Shown in pieces: positions 11,891 through 26,000 of a stretch of DNA of 64,000 nt. Origin of the DNA: Ylistrum balloti (Eukaryota). The notes under the pieces were generated by a model. It had not been told where the DNA came from. It did not search any database and saw only the letters and a program-made list of their open reading frames with translations. Position 1 is the first letter of the stretch; every line of letters begins with the position of its first letter. Position numbers and translations under genes: made by a program. Location of the stretch: contig NW_026782404.1 in the NCBI RefSeq assembly GCF_031769215.1, positions 62,001 to 126,000 of the forward strand. Reading direction: 5' to 3'.

Positions 11891-14526
11891 TTGGTTTTCA
11901 ATAAAATTTCATTTAAAAACAAGTTCTTGCTCACTTTATGTTACACATCCAGAGGTCTCAGAGGGATCTTGGCAGCCAACTTCACTGTTTTTCGTAAGAC
12001 TGATTATTTCTTTAATGTGGTAACATGTTAAGGTCTGTAATGACTTCAGATATGAAATTCAAAATGCTTGAATGTGGCAATCTTGAATATACAAGCAAGG
12101 CTGAAAATATTACATGAATGATTTGGTTTACTTTCTGAATGCGTCTATAAAATTTCATAGGTTTTAAAACTACAAATGTCAAAATCCAAAATGACAAGCC
12201 ATCTTTTAATATTTTGTATTCAAAATGTGTGACTAGAACAGATACTAGACTTGTCCTTGAAGAATATCCCTTCAGTTATTTTTTAGTGCTCTAACACTTT
12301 CTATGTCAAAATCATAAGTACAGTTGTAGCCACTGGCAGCTATCTCAAAATTGAAATCATACTCAAAATACGGTGTACTCAACTAGGAACCATACAGATT
12401 ATGTTGGTATTGAATTTTGCGATCCCTGCAGTATTTCTTAATCAACGACGACCACACACTTCAAATGACAAAATCAACAAGAGTGCCTCCCTTTGTATGA
12501 AAGGAGGTGTACAGTATTAGTACATGTACTGGTTCTTCTCACCTTTTTACTAGGTCATACTTTTGAATTGTAAGAGATACCATATATGATCTTTAAAGGG
12601 CGCATGCCCCTATAAGGGCACTTGTACCTTTTTTATCAGGAACATTTCTTGGCCAAGTGTCCACTTGCATTCAGAAACGATAAAATTTTTTACTACACCT
12701 ACCTTTATATTTAGAATATATAGATAGGCCTATTCTGAGGATTGCTATGACTGCACTGTGGACATTAAAAACAGACCTGATTTCAATGTCTAGGGCTAGT
12801 ACAGTCATAGTTATCATTCAGCATCGTCCTTATCACTGTCTGAGCTGCTAGCACTACTCATGGAAAGTACAATGTTCGCATTGTGCACATCTGCACTTGT
12901 ATAATCGAGAACAGTCTAAGCTACAACAACTTAACTTTTCATTGTTTTCGGTTGAATTGCTTTCAAAAACATTTTCACATGCCAATTTTCTGTATAGACT
13001 TGGTCTATAAATAACATCAAATGGTTTCGCTGGAATTTCTACTTACCCTCAGTTGAACTGGAAGCTGTCTGCTACATACACATCGCCTATAGTCTGTTTC
13101 ATAAAACTTGCCGGTTTTTAAGTCTTATTTAGGGCACCCTCACGTTCAATTACCTGCGACCTGCGTCCTTATTAGGTCATATACAGTATATCTTGAGGAA
13201 ACTTGAAATACAATTATTGCTTACAGGCAGTGTGTAGTGCACTGATAATTGGTCACTTTGACCATCACCTCAAGGTTAAAGGTTGAAAAGGAGCAAAATT
13301 TCCAGTCCAGTGCATTTCTGCTTGTCCATGCCAGGACTCTGATATTTTAGCATTTTTCTCCATCAGGTCAGATGAATATTTGAGGTGCATGGTTCAATAT
13401 CTACTCATGTTGGTTTGTAATTTTCAGAAAGCTGAAATATGGACTGGTCTGCGCTGTTGTGACCTTTGACAAGACACTTTACACTAATTGCTCTGTGTGA
13501 CATGTGATGGGCCTGCTGTATGTTGTTTAGTAAGGTAGCTACCAATTATTACAAAGAGACCCTGGTTGTTTGTAGGATGATGAACTTAGCAAACATTGTC
13601 CATGCCACAACATTTGAACTGTCAAAGATATCTTTATTAACTTGAAATATAACTACATCATCCACAAGTAGTGAGCGATCCAGTGAAATTAAATCATTGT
13701 AACCTTCATGTTAAGGTTAAAGGTCAAGTAAGTGAACTTTTTCCTATACATTCTTTTCCAATTGGCCATATCTTGATGAAACTTAAATTCTATATTCATC
13801 ACTCATAGGTGGTGTGGAAAGCACTGATATTAGGCCACTATGCCCTTCATATATGAAAAGTGATTATGATGGCAATTTTACATTGGCATTGCAGCTGTGC
13901 CAAAAGGAACTAAAACAAAAACAAAAGAACATGTACTAAACATATTTTACCTAACATCTGATGGAATGCATGGTAATCATTTCAGTAACTGCAGAAGATA
14001 AAACTACACAGGTAAAATCATGGGGCTTCTTTAAATGCATGTTTGGCACTAAATTTTTTCATGATACATATAGTCACTTTGTCAAGATGTGAATTTCCGA
14101 CCCAAACTAGGTTGTGAGGATATGTACTTCTTGCACCTCGAAAAGGGATATCGCATGTAATACCCCATCCTAGATTTTTCTCATCCGATCTGTTTATTAC
14201 CTTATCGGCGTTTTCGTGGAATTTTTTATGCATAGGTGTATTCATCCACATGTAGGCATAGGTGACACCTACATCCCTGCATTTCTACTAAAACATAGGT
14301 TATGATGTTGCTAAAATTTCAACAATTAATCATATTTAAAATGGAATAGAAAATTGGCATTGTAAAATGTGTTGTATTTTTTGTAAGTGCGACCTACATT
14401 GTTTATGTGGCACTATTCAAACATTGTTTAAATGTGAAGAGGCTGTTTGGGTAGTTTGAGGCTCCCATGGGATACACCAAACTCTGATGAAATATTGAAT
14501 ACTTTTCAGAGTATTAGGTGCAAGAA

Positions 14527-14678
14527 AAAATCTATTACCTGTAACTGAGCAAGATCGGGGAATCTCAGTATTGGGCTAAGATCCTGTAACATCCTCCCAA
14601 CTGAAGCGTTGGGTGTTTCAGGATCTTAACTTGAAACTGAGATACCCCGATTTCGCTTGGTTACAGATACCAGATTTT
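14527..14678. mobile_element. Fold-back palindrome / MITE-like element
   Basis: Left arm AAAATCTATTACCTGTAACTGAGCAAGATCGGGGAATCTCAG...AAGATCCTG matches the reverse complement of the right arm CAGGATCTT...CTGAGATACCCCGATTTCGCTTGGTTACAGATACCAGATTTT over ~68 bp with mismatches. Confidence 0.7.
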
Positions 14679-15693
14679 ATTGATGTATTCAATGGTAAAA
14701 AAGTCTAATAAGAATTCATTGTAACTTGTCCATAAACTGATCACTAACAACACACATTCAAATCTTCCATAGACTTTATTGTAATCAACATAAATACATA
14801 TGACTTCATGGCAATAGATATACAGTGTTCATCTTTGAAGTACATGTGATTGTGAATCTTTTTCTTTAACACAAAGAAAAATTACCTTTAGTAGCAAATT
14901 TTACATAGCCTAGAAATTTGAATTCTATTGCAGGTACCATATCATCACATTAATGCTAATAATGCAAACACTTATGACTGGGAGGTGTGGGATATTATTT
15001 TGGCATGTAGAATAACCTATTAATTTCATTTTCTGATACAATTTTAATTCATTCTATAATTCATAATTCAATTTATTTTATAGATAACTCCAAAGAAATT
15101 CATAGCACATGTGTGCCGTTAATTCATTTTTACATAGTTTCTATATCACAAATGTTATTTGATTTCCAACATAAATGTGAGTATGTTAAATATGAAATAT
15201 TTCACTAAGTCAATTACATGGTAATGTATAATGAATATCTTTTCACATGAATCCATAAACAAGTTTATCATGTCTTGTACGTGTACATCATGAATTCATG
15301 CTTAATAGCCTATTTATTGATAAAAAGTTGATTAGATGGTATTGTGTTTTATGAATAAATACATCAATGACAGCCTTGTAAGAAGGTGGTATGCTCAAGT
15401 GTTCCTATCAGAATCCATGAAAACGAAAAATCAAATAATCTAATGTATAGTTTCACCACTTAAATTCTGTCATCATCAAACAGATCCCTTACCTTTTACC
15501 CCATTTCTGAAATAATTAAGACAACTCCACTGATACTCATTAAGGAACACAGTATTAAACAGCAAGACAAGCTTTAAATTAAGTTGTTAACAAGTCAACA
15601 TTTCCAGATCCTTCCCAAAAGTGGCATTGTCTTCTTTCAACAACTCAGCCTCCACTGTCACAGGTCAAAGTTTTTATATTCTTGATTTATATG

Positions 15694-18600
15694 TTATGAT
15701 TTTGTGTCTTTTTCTTTCATCCTTAAAAACTTTGCCTCCAACTCTGCTTTTCGTTTCAATGCTTGTTCCTCTACTACCTTTTCTCTTTCTATAAGAAATT
15801 GTCTGTATTCCTCTGGATCAAGGTCTTTCACTACTTGTAATCCTAAAGAATGAGCACTGCCTATTATCATCTTACAGATATTTTGAAGGCTGAATCTGTC
15901 CAATGTTCCCTCAGACTGCTTAATCTTGGCGATTTCATAGACATGTTTCAGTGTTATCTTTCCTGATATTTCTTGACCTATAAAAAAAGTGAAGACTCAT
16001 AATATTGTTCAATTCATAATACATATCAAATGTTTTTTTACCTTTCCTACAGGATATTAAAGCAGATTTGTATAAAATTCTACCAAAAGGTAACAGATAC
16101 GGGTTAGCTTATTACCAGGCACAGGCTTACCGTTGCAGACAATATTTTAATACATCGGTAAAAGAATTAGATTTGCCTTTGACAAATGATTAAGTACAAC
16201 AACACAAAACATTTTCTTCCATAACTTATATACGATATAACAGCAGTAGTGGTATTAACAATTACAAAACTGGCAAAAACACTCCTCATTTCAGTTTCTC
16301 CAAATTTCAACAAAATTTCAGCTAAAATGAACTTGAGAAGAAGTTTAAAATGTGGTCTTCAAGATGGCAGCCATGGCAGTCAAATTGGATTTCGAACTGA
16401 CCCCCAAAATATCATCAGGATCATCTCAACATCAATTTAGGCAAGTTTCACCTGAATTCCATTAGTGGAACTTGAGAAGAATTTAAAACAGGTGTTGTTC
16501 GGAGAAACTATGATAAAGCAATCATGTTACAAAATGACCATAATGGCTGTCATTGGGAAACTTTAGACAGGGCCAATAAACATCAATACTTTGTTGGCTT
16601 CCTTTCCTTAACAGTCCCACCAATTATCATGTCTGTAGACCTATTAGTTCCTGAAAAGAAGTTGTTTAAATGTTTTAACAAATTTGACCCTAGTGATAAA
16701 TATTTATTAGTCATGGTCATTTCTTTTCTCAAACTTGGACGAGCTTCATCCTGGGAACTTACCAGCCAAATATCCTGCCTCTAGGCCTTTGAGTTCACAG
16801 GGAACAGTCATTTAAGGGTATTAACATATCTGACCCCTGTGACCTTTAATACAGGTCAAGGTCATTTCTTTTCGCAAACTCTGTCAGGCTTCATTTGAGG
16901 AACATACCAGCCAAATATCAAAACAATTGGTCCATTAGTTATTGAGGAGAAGTTGTTTAAAGGAAAAAGTTGATGGACACTGCACCGCAGCATAAGCTCA
17001 TTTGGTCCTTCAGACCAGGTAAACTAATAAAAAAACAAACCTGGAGATTGGGCTCCATTTTTTATTCCTGCAGCACTACAGAGAAAATATGATGTCGTTG
17101 GCATAGTATGCCTGATGTCAATACTGCGGTCCCCCTTGTGAAAAACAGAAAAATCACAAAGAGAAATCAGCAAGGTTATTGTGTATTTTTTTTCAAAATA
17201 ACAGTCAAAATATTATTTTGAGTTTAAAACTCATTTAACCCAACAGATCTTCCCTATAGTTCAAGGTCAATTATTTGAACAAATCTGTAGCCCTTCAACC
17301 ACTTATATTACAGAACTAATATCAACAGCCTAGACTTTTTTGTTATTAAAAAGAAGTATGAAGGTTTACACGCATTTGACTCGTGACCTTAAAAAAGAGA
17401 AAATGTTAATCACTTTAACAAAATAGGTAACCTTTCATTCCAGCATGTTACCAGCCAGTTATCAGTACTCTGGGCCTTTTGTTTATTGGAAAGAAGTCAT
17501 TTAAAATATTTACACATTTGTTCCCTGTGAACTTTCAATGGAAAGTTTACACACAGTACACAATGATGGATGAAAAGCATTGGCAATAGGTCATCCTGAC
17601 ATTTCATGTCAGATGACCAAAAAAGCAACAAATACAAAGCCGCAAAATGGAACCATTTAAGACTGTTGCCAAGACATTTTCCAGGGTGCAGAGAGCAAAA
17701 GTGATTGTAACCCCTCGAGTATCGAAGATGTAATTACTTTAGAGATTATCAATTCGACTTGAAAGTAAAACCTGAAGCTACCTAATGCCAACGTACACCA
17801 CTTTGCACCACCCATGCCACTCCATAGTACCTTGCACCACACAAGGCCATCTTATATCATCCACACCAGTGTTGCTATTCTACACAACCTTGTTTCCTCT
17901 TGCTTCACCTACACAACCTTGCAACCCTTTAAGCCACCATGCAACCCACCTCTGTTGGGTTACAATTAAGTAATGAAAACAGTCAAAAGCATGATTATGT
18001 AATCTCCTGGTCATTTTTAATTTATAAGATATAGGTACCATCAGGTGGCTTATCAAATTACCATATAATAACGAAGAAATATTTCCAGTTTTTCTGTAAT
18101 ATGAAGTCTCAAAACACATACATGTAGTTTTTATCATGGGATGTCATTAATGGAGAAATTTTCTAATATAAACACTTACTCTTAGTTTAATCCATGTTGG
18201 TAAAGGCAGTCCTTCCTTGATATTACTTGTCATGTCATTAAACTGCTTACAAAATTCTGAAATCTGTATTCCATGCTGTAATGAAAAACAGTAGAATAAA
18301 CTAAATAAAATTGAATTCAAATTGATATGTGCTACTTTAATGCAAATAATTGATATACATGTATGGAACACAAATCAAAAAGTACAATAATATGTGATTT
18401 CATAAACAGACCAACATTTATTAAGAATAAGAAATCAGCTTCTTTAAGTTTAAGTCTTATGAGGGCATTGAGGCATTTTCATCACTAAATCCCTGGGCAA
18501 TTTGGGTACCCATCATCTTATGATAAAAAATTGCAAGTTTGAGTTGTTAACATACTTACCTGTTGTGTAAACAATTTTGGTAATATGGTACCATGTTTAC

Positions 18601-19856
18601 CAAGCAATCCCAGATGGATCTTGGAACCCACGATTATATGATTTTTATTTGTTCTTAAAAGTTTTGGTTCTTTTTCCTTCTTTTCTATTACTTCTGTGTT
18701 TTACTCTTGCTTATATAAAATTTGCTAATTCCTCTAAGAAAGAGTGATGATAACGTCATCTATAAGTTTTGTAAAAATTTCAAGAAACACTTTCCAGGAC
18801 TTAGCGGATGAGTTACCTTCCAAGTATTGTGGACCAGTCTACTAAAGTCAATATCTTGTGGAATCTATTAATGTTGATAAAGAAAGGTGTCCCTGACACA
18901 ATACGAGAAAACAGGTTGATATGTGTGTTTCTGAGGCAGATGTCCACTTTGACCAATAAATTTCTGTTAAATTAAAATATCCAACAATTTAAGAGATGAC
19001 TGACATTTTTGGTTGATACTTCCATTATGAAATTTCCATTTTGACTGTGGTAATGTCTGTAATTAGCATATTGTGATGTTGTTATGTCACGCTTAACTTG
19101 ATGAATACATTTGTAATGTTAACTTACCATTTTTTTTTAAATACCTTGCATTCTCTAGCATTATTTCATTCTTTTATTCAATATCAAGGATACCGAGTGA
19201 TCATACTTTGGTCCCATCTTATCTACCTTGACGAAAATGAGTGGTGACTTTCATATTTTGTTTGTAGGATACTGTTTTAACATCTTGTTTTCATAAGGTC
19301 AGATATTACATCATTTAACATAATCTGGATGTTGACCCTTGCTTGGCATTACTAAAATTTTGCATTTTTACAAAGGGAAATCTGACTTTTGACCATGACT
19401 TACACTAAAACAAAATTATAAAAAGGCTGTAAAAACACTTCGGACGAGTAAGAATCAAGCGAAGTTAGCATGAATTATACCTGGCGTTTGACATCAAGGT
19501 GAAGGTCATGGTGAAAGGTCAAGTCTTACTGTTGATACATATTATAATTATAAATTCTCATTTTGAGTAACAAGATATTAAGTTTATAAAATGTGTTTTA
19601 AAGGCAAAAATAAAGTTCAGTTCTTACTCTACTATATTTTGGATGGATAAGATTAATAATCAGAAAAGTCTAAATGTTTTAACAAAAACTCATCAATTGT
19701 GGTTGACCTCACCTGTCCTAACATCGGCCCTAATGGTGGAGAAGGGGTAGCTTTACCCGCTTGTATTGTTGCTCTCAGTACTGAACCTGTTTCCACGTTC
19801 GCGATTTTTTTTAAGCTTTTCGCACCCTTCGCTATTGCTTTGCCTTTAGCACCCAT
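15694..19856 (-). CDS. MRPL11: 39S mitochondrial ribosomal protein L11 (uL11m), 205 aa, 4 exons
   Basis: Exons 19856-19713, 18275-18180, 17134-17041, 15977-15694 (618 nt, phases consistent). Motifs AGKATPSPPLGPMLGQ, FCKQFNDMT..IKEGLPLPT, PTTSYFL.SAAGIK.GA, TLKHVYEIAKIK and IIGSAHSLGLQVV. Confidence 0.95.
16290..17030 (+). mobile_element. Pearl/HINE-like non-autonomous element in MRPL11 intron 3
   Basis: ~145-bp internal repeat cores (GGTCATTTCTTTT at ~16715 and ~16860). 3' hairpin AGCTCATTTGGTC-CTTCA-GACCAGGTAAACT followed by an A-run. The left boundary is approximate. Confidence 0.5.
17200..17625 (+). mobile_element. Second Pearl/HINE-like element in MRPL11 intron 2
   Basis: Core similar to the 16290-17030 element (TCAAGGTCA...ACCAGCCA...GAAGTCATTT). 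3' hairpin GGTCATCCTGAC-ATTTCAT-GTCAGATGACC followed by AAAAAA. Confidence 0.5.
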
Positions 19857-20087
19857 GCCGCCGGTTTTTCAAATTAGAGTTATCAGCCTTAGCGGAACAG
19901 CCCTTAGTTTACCTTCGTTTCAAAAGCGTGATAGGTGATGTAATGAATTCAACACTAATTATAGTTTAGAGTATATCGACATTCAAAATGTGTTTTATTC
20001 AATAACAAACCATATTTTATTTTTGAATCAAAAAGGTTAGAAAATTAATTTGAACCTATTGAGATTGAGGTAATCATAATAATCAAG
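19857..20087. promoter_or_regulatory. Bidirectional promoter region MRPL11/SF3B2
   Basis: Divergent start codons only 231 bp apart. The SF3B2 ATG lies in AAGATGGCG (YY1-like core overlapping the start codon). Confidence 0.75.
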
Positions 20088-23000
20088 ATGGCGTCCGTTC
20101 CCACACCGGAGGAGCTGAAAAAGTTGAAAGTTGTCGAATTGAGGGAAAGACTTTCAAAATTAGAACTCCCAACTGCAGGTAGGTTGCTGCAATAAACTTA
20201 AATCCATACTGGATTCATTCCTTGACCTCACGTCTATTGTTATTCAGAATTTTATCATTTTCCACATTGAAAATCACGAAACGTTTGTCCGACGCCGCAC
20301 ATTATGCCACATGGAGTGCAGTCGGACAGTGATCGACTCCAAATAATACGTTTTTGTGTAAACGGATAAAGTGACTGGACCAGATCGTGACCGCGATTGG
20401 ACTGGAGAATATACGGCATGTGGAATTTTCATATTTGCTTCTTGCAAAAATCATTGTCGGTGCACAAAGACGCCTGGATCTATAACGTAAACAACTTAAG
20501 TGAAATCCAGGCAAATCAGCATCCTTCAAGAGATAGTAAACCATTTGGTTGGTTCGTTGGTTACAGTTTTCCGTCTCTCTGACTCGTCCCCTCTCTAGGC
20601 ATTTTCTCGCTGACTTCTTGCCTGTTCAAGATCATCGTAATGATGTCCGGAGCTTAAAAATAAACATTTGGATATATTTACACTGCCAACAGTAACAGGA
20701 GCATTGTCAAATCTGGATATATAGGCAGATTTGGCTATATACTCAAATCTGACTATAAATACATTGGGTAAATGTTAACAACTAAGCCATACCTCTTCAC
20801 TAAATCTGCTTATATAGCAGATTTGCCACTGCTCCAGTATCTGTTGAAAGACAACTTTATTACTGATGTTTGACTACCTTTGTTTAACAATAGGAACATT
20901 TGTCACATCAGGTTTTGTTGTGAAAGGTCACTCTTTCTTCACTTGGTTTTCTTATTTTGTTGATCCAGATGAAGACAGACCTACTGATAGCAAGGTGTGA
21001 TTTCTGCTACTTTAATAGTATATTTCATAGTATATTTTTTGATGACTTTTTATGCATGAAATGTAACTTGATAACTAGTTCTTTTGTTGACAGATTTTTT
21101 ATCTGATGTTACTATGACAACTGCCATAAGTTGGCCCACAGAAAGTGGACGTTCTCTCTCTCTATATATATGAAATATACATACATAAGTAGTAATTACA
21201 ATACATCGTATACTGCTAAAATAGCAGGACTCATATGCTCATGTATAATATAGGTCCGATCCTCTTTGTAACTTTATAATGTGGCATGTCCCAGTGGCTA
21301 CAGTTTTCAAGCTAAAGAAAAATTCTCCTAGCCAGGCAGTAAACTGCAGTTACCTGTTCCCATCTTAATATTTATCAGGGTTGCATTTTTTACTTATAAC
21401 ATGTCCAATAGATATAATCTAGACTGTAAGGTTATGACTTTATCTAGCCATGGTTGACATCAATTTCTCATCAAATCTGAACCTATTTTACTACCAATAA
21501 AGAGTAATTTCTCTTGTGAAGCATTCATCATTTGACATATATATAATGGCACAGTCATCAGCGTCATGATCATGAGATAGGGTCAATTAGATGATAGTAG
21601 GTATAGTGACCAAAAACAAAAACTAAAATCACATCATGGAAATATGTATTTAGAATCCTTGAGACTATCACGAAGTCAATAAAGATATTCTGAATTGGGT
21701 TATAATAAATGATGTTAATTATTCAATTACAAGTAATGTGTTAGCTTATATTCTGACTTGATTTGGGAGAAAGAATGTTTTCTTAATGAGATTGGTAAAA
21801 TAGATGAGAAACAGGAAATATTACTTTGCAAAAGAACAGGATAAAAAACATTTCCTTCAAGTATCCAGACAGGAATCAAACCAGTCCACATTGTAGTAAT
21901 TCATGACTCTACCACATAAGCCAAAGAAGCATTGCTCTATCAGTTGAGTTAAATTAGACTGTATTTAACAATCTTTTACAACTTCAGCCTATTTTACAGT
22001 ATGATTCTTCACATAACAGTGTGAATATCATCACACATTTTTTCACATCAGACACACACAACTAGCTGAGATTCTAATATAGCTATGCAGATGCACTTGC
22101 TACTAATCCCACTTCATCAGGTCTAAAAACAAATAAACATTGAAACATTTTAATTAATTTGTTACAGGTTTGAAAGCTGAGCTGATTGCACGCTTACATA
22201 ACCACTATGTCCAGGTAAAAAGAAAACTCATTTTGAGGAAAAATATATATGTACTCTTTGTTAATCAGTGCAGTGCTCTTTCTACAGTGTCAATGTGTCA
22301 TTTTATTTAAGTCAACATTGTATGTTTCCAATGTTCAGTGCCAAATTTATCCTGTATGCTGTGGCTCTTGATAATTAGGCTTATTACCAAACAGGCTTAT
22401 TGTTGGATAAATACAGTATATAGAATATTTCTTAACCTGTTTTTAAATTGAACAATAAATTCTTGAAAAGTTTTGTAAGTTTGAATATCTATATTTAAAT
22501 TCAGGAAAGTCTCAAGCAGGATGCAGTGGATTCGTCTCAATTGGAAGAAGGTAAAATAAATTAATTTTTGATCATGAAATATAGAATTGATAACAAGTAC
22601 TTCCGTAGATTGTCAATGGAAGATGAACTTGTAATAAGGAACATAGTGCTGTAATTGTGATCATTCTTGTTTTTTCATTCGGTTAAAAAATTTAGTATAT
22701 CAGACTTGACCAGATGGAAAATTGTTTCACTTTGTTATTTTGATATTAACTTTAACTATTGAAATATATTTTTGCCATAAATGTCTTATTGCTGATCAAG
22801 CCTCATGTTTTATCCCCAGACTCTCCAGATGAAGAAAAGGAGGTATGTTGCTGTCTGTCTGTCTGTATGCACAAAACTTTGATGACTTCTATCTTTTTAA
22901 TGTTAAATGATAAGGCTTTTATATTTAGCATGTTTTTTCCTGAGGACAGTACCTATAATTCCATACTAAATTTGATTAGCTTGACTGCTGATTATGACCT

Positions 23001-26000
23001 ACTTATTACTTTTATGCTTAATTATAGCTAGATTATTTTTTGGCAGATTTGGACCAAATTTGATATTGTCCATTCAGTAATAAGATCTCAGATTTGTTGG
23101 ATATTTCTTCAAAATCTATAAATATTTGCCAGAGTTATGTAACTTCTAAAATATGTGATAGTATTTACTTAGTGTCCATCAGATAACTTTAATTTAAACT
23201 GTAGGATTTGAACCAAATTGGGTATACAGTTTTACATCAAGAAGATCTCAGATGTGTGACATTGGTCAAAACTGCCAATATTTGCCTGAGCTACTGAACT
23301 TTAAAATAGATAATTTCTTTTTTTATGTCAATAACTTCAAGATTGGCTTCCAATTGAGGAATAGTGCTTCTCTAACATATCTTGTGTAACTTTGATTTTA
23401 GTGTAATGGTTAACCTTAATTTTGTTTTTTGATGAAATGGACAAATTAAATACTGGTATGAATCAAGTAAATTCTGTCTGCTTTCAAAATTTGATTTATG
23501 GTGGTTAAATTAGCATGTTATTGTGAAGGATATCACATCATAATTTCTATTATCAAGAACATTAACCGTCAGTGTACTATGTTGCTTTCAGTTTGCTACT
23601 TCCAGCGAAACAAGCTTGTTAAGTTCCAGGTTACGAAATGATTTTTTTTCAAAGTTATAAATCTATATCTATATACATTCCCGATTGCTCGTTGAGCTGT
23701 AAATGGAAAAAATGATATTTGACCATTTTTTTCTGGCGGTATAATTTTATTTTGGGTTTTTTGTAAACTTAAACTAACACTCTATAGAAGTTCTTATGTT
23801 CAAACCCTGGCACTATTAATCATAATGAAAAAGATACCCTTTCCTTAGCCTCATTATTACCCTTGTTATATTTACAGGAAGAGTTGCCTTTGCCACCTGT
23901 ACCAGTACCAGTACAAACACCAGAGGTAAGTTCTGGTTTCCTGGCCTACATTGATAACAAGGGGCCTATATTTTACTAAATGCCTTTTGCTTAGCCATTT
24001 ACATTACATGGATAGTTTACTATTGTGAAAAATAAACTATGAAATAATTCTCTGCATGGGGAATAACTCAATCAGTATGACTTCGTCTTGAAGGAAAGTA
24101 GGATACTCACAGTGGGTCTGCATTTCTAAACTGGATATAATGTAGTGGCACTAACTACAACAAGATCTTCGAAAGAATATTTTGCAAACTGTAGCATAAC
24201 CTTGCCTTTTCTGCTAGTTCACATTTATAAATCTTGAGGAACACAATATTAATATATGAAACTGTGACTAATTTTTTCATCCTTTATGATTATTTCCTTT
24301 AATTACTTTCAATGTTTGCATTCCAAATAATCAAACAGAAAATAGATAATGAGATATTTCAAGAAGTGTACCTGGTACATCAACTCTTGTCTTTGTTAGT
24401 AACGGAAATTAAATCTTTTTATTTTAATTAGTCTTTTGAGTGGACTGAATTTTACATTTTCATTTTTATTTAAATAACTGTATTACTATATAACCTCTAA
24501 TGGAAATGGGAAGATGTTCCATTGCTGTCTTGAAATGCATCAGTAATATCTGTAAAGGCTTTATGACCCTTTTCAGAGGTCTCACTTTGGTACAAATTGT
24601 TTCTAATGAAATTGATATGAAAATTACATGTACCATGGTATAAATGTTTTGTTCGGTCGAGTGTTGATACTTAGAAGTTGTTTGTATTTAGGTATTTTAA
24701 AAACTATTTTGTCATTTTCTGTCTGCGTTCAATTGGATATAAATGAATGTAGACAAAAGATGTTGATAATCTTTATTGTTTCTCAGGTCTCTGAAAGCTC
24801 TGGGCCATCACGATCTGTAGATGAAGATCTCCAGAGAAAAGTTGCTCTCCAGCAACAGATGTTGGTTGTAGAACACCAGCAAGAGCAGGAGAAGAAACTA
24901 TTGGAACAACAGAAGGAAGCTCTGGCATTGCATGCCCAGCAGCAGGCAGCAGCAGCAATGATGATTCAACAACCTCAGCATGTGGCTCCTCCTCCCCCTC
25001 CTGCACCTGTGTCTGTACCGCCCCCTCCTAACATAGATCTGATGGAGAAGGTCAGGCAGCAACAACAGATGCTTGAGGCAGAGAAACATAAACAGATGAT
25101 GGAACAACAGCAAAAGGTGACATGTTGTTTTCTTGATTGTAAAATAATTGAAATTTGAAATTAAACCACTGCAGAAATATTTTTGTGAAAGAAGAAAAAT
25201 TCAAAATTGCGATTAATTTCTGATTACATAGATAAAAATTGCGAAAGCTAGTTAAAGTTAATATGAAATATTGAGAATCAATCATCTCAACTATATCACA
25301 AAAGTCTGTATATATTGTAAATACACTTATTACAGATGATACAACAACAGCAGCAGCAACAGCAACAACAGCAGGCAATCAGTCAGGCAGAGGCTGAGCG
25401 GAGAATAAAGGAGGCAGAGATCTTCAGACAGCAGAAATTTGCTCTGATGGAAGCTCAGAGAGAGGAACAGCAAATGAGAATGCAGAAGGAGCAACAAAGA
25501 CCACCTAGTATGTATGGCATTATTTGGTAAATGCAATAAAGTATTTATGAATATTTAAATTGGTTAACATTACTTTTCACGACTCTAGCTGTCTCGTAAC
25601 TATAAGTTATTGTATTGTTGCAGCCCATCAGATGCCAGTGCCCCCTCCTGGCCTCCCTGTGATGTCTCATCCACAACCTCCATCCACCACTATACAACAG
25701 CAACCTCCACAGGCTCCCCCACCTGTTCAGATAACAACCACATTACCCCCACAGATGCCGCCCCAGATTAGTGGACCTCCTCCCCCAGTAGGCCCCCCTC
25801 AAGGACTTCCGCAGCCAGCTCCAGCCCCTCCAGGTATAGGGCCACCACCAGGTCGTTCAGGTCCACAAGAGCTTATGAGCTTGCCTCCACCCCCTCATGG
25901 AGTACCTCCCCCACAAAATATTGGAATGATGCCACCCCAAGGTTCTCCTATGCAGACTGGTGCTCCTCCACCTGGGATGCCTCCTCAACAACAGAATGAA

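Noticed and set aside
17780-17960. CA-rich degenerate repeats and ORFs in MRPL11 intron 2
   Set aside because: Low-complexity sequence with no stable period or coding signal.
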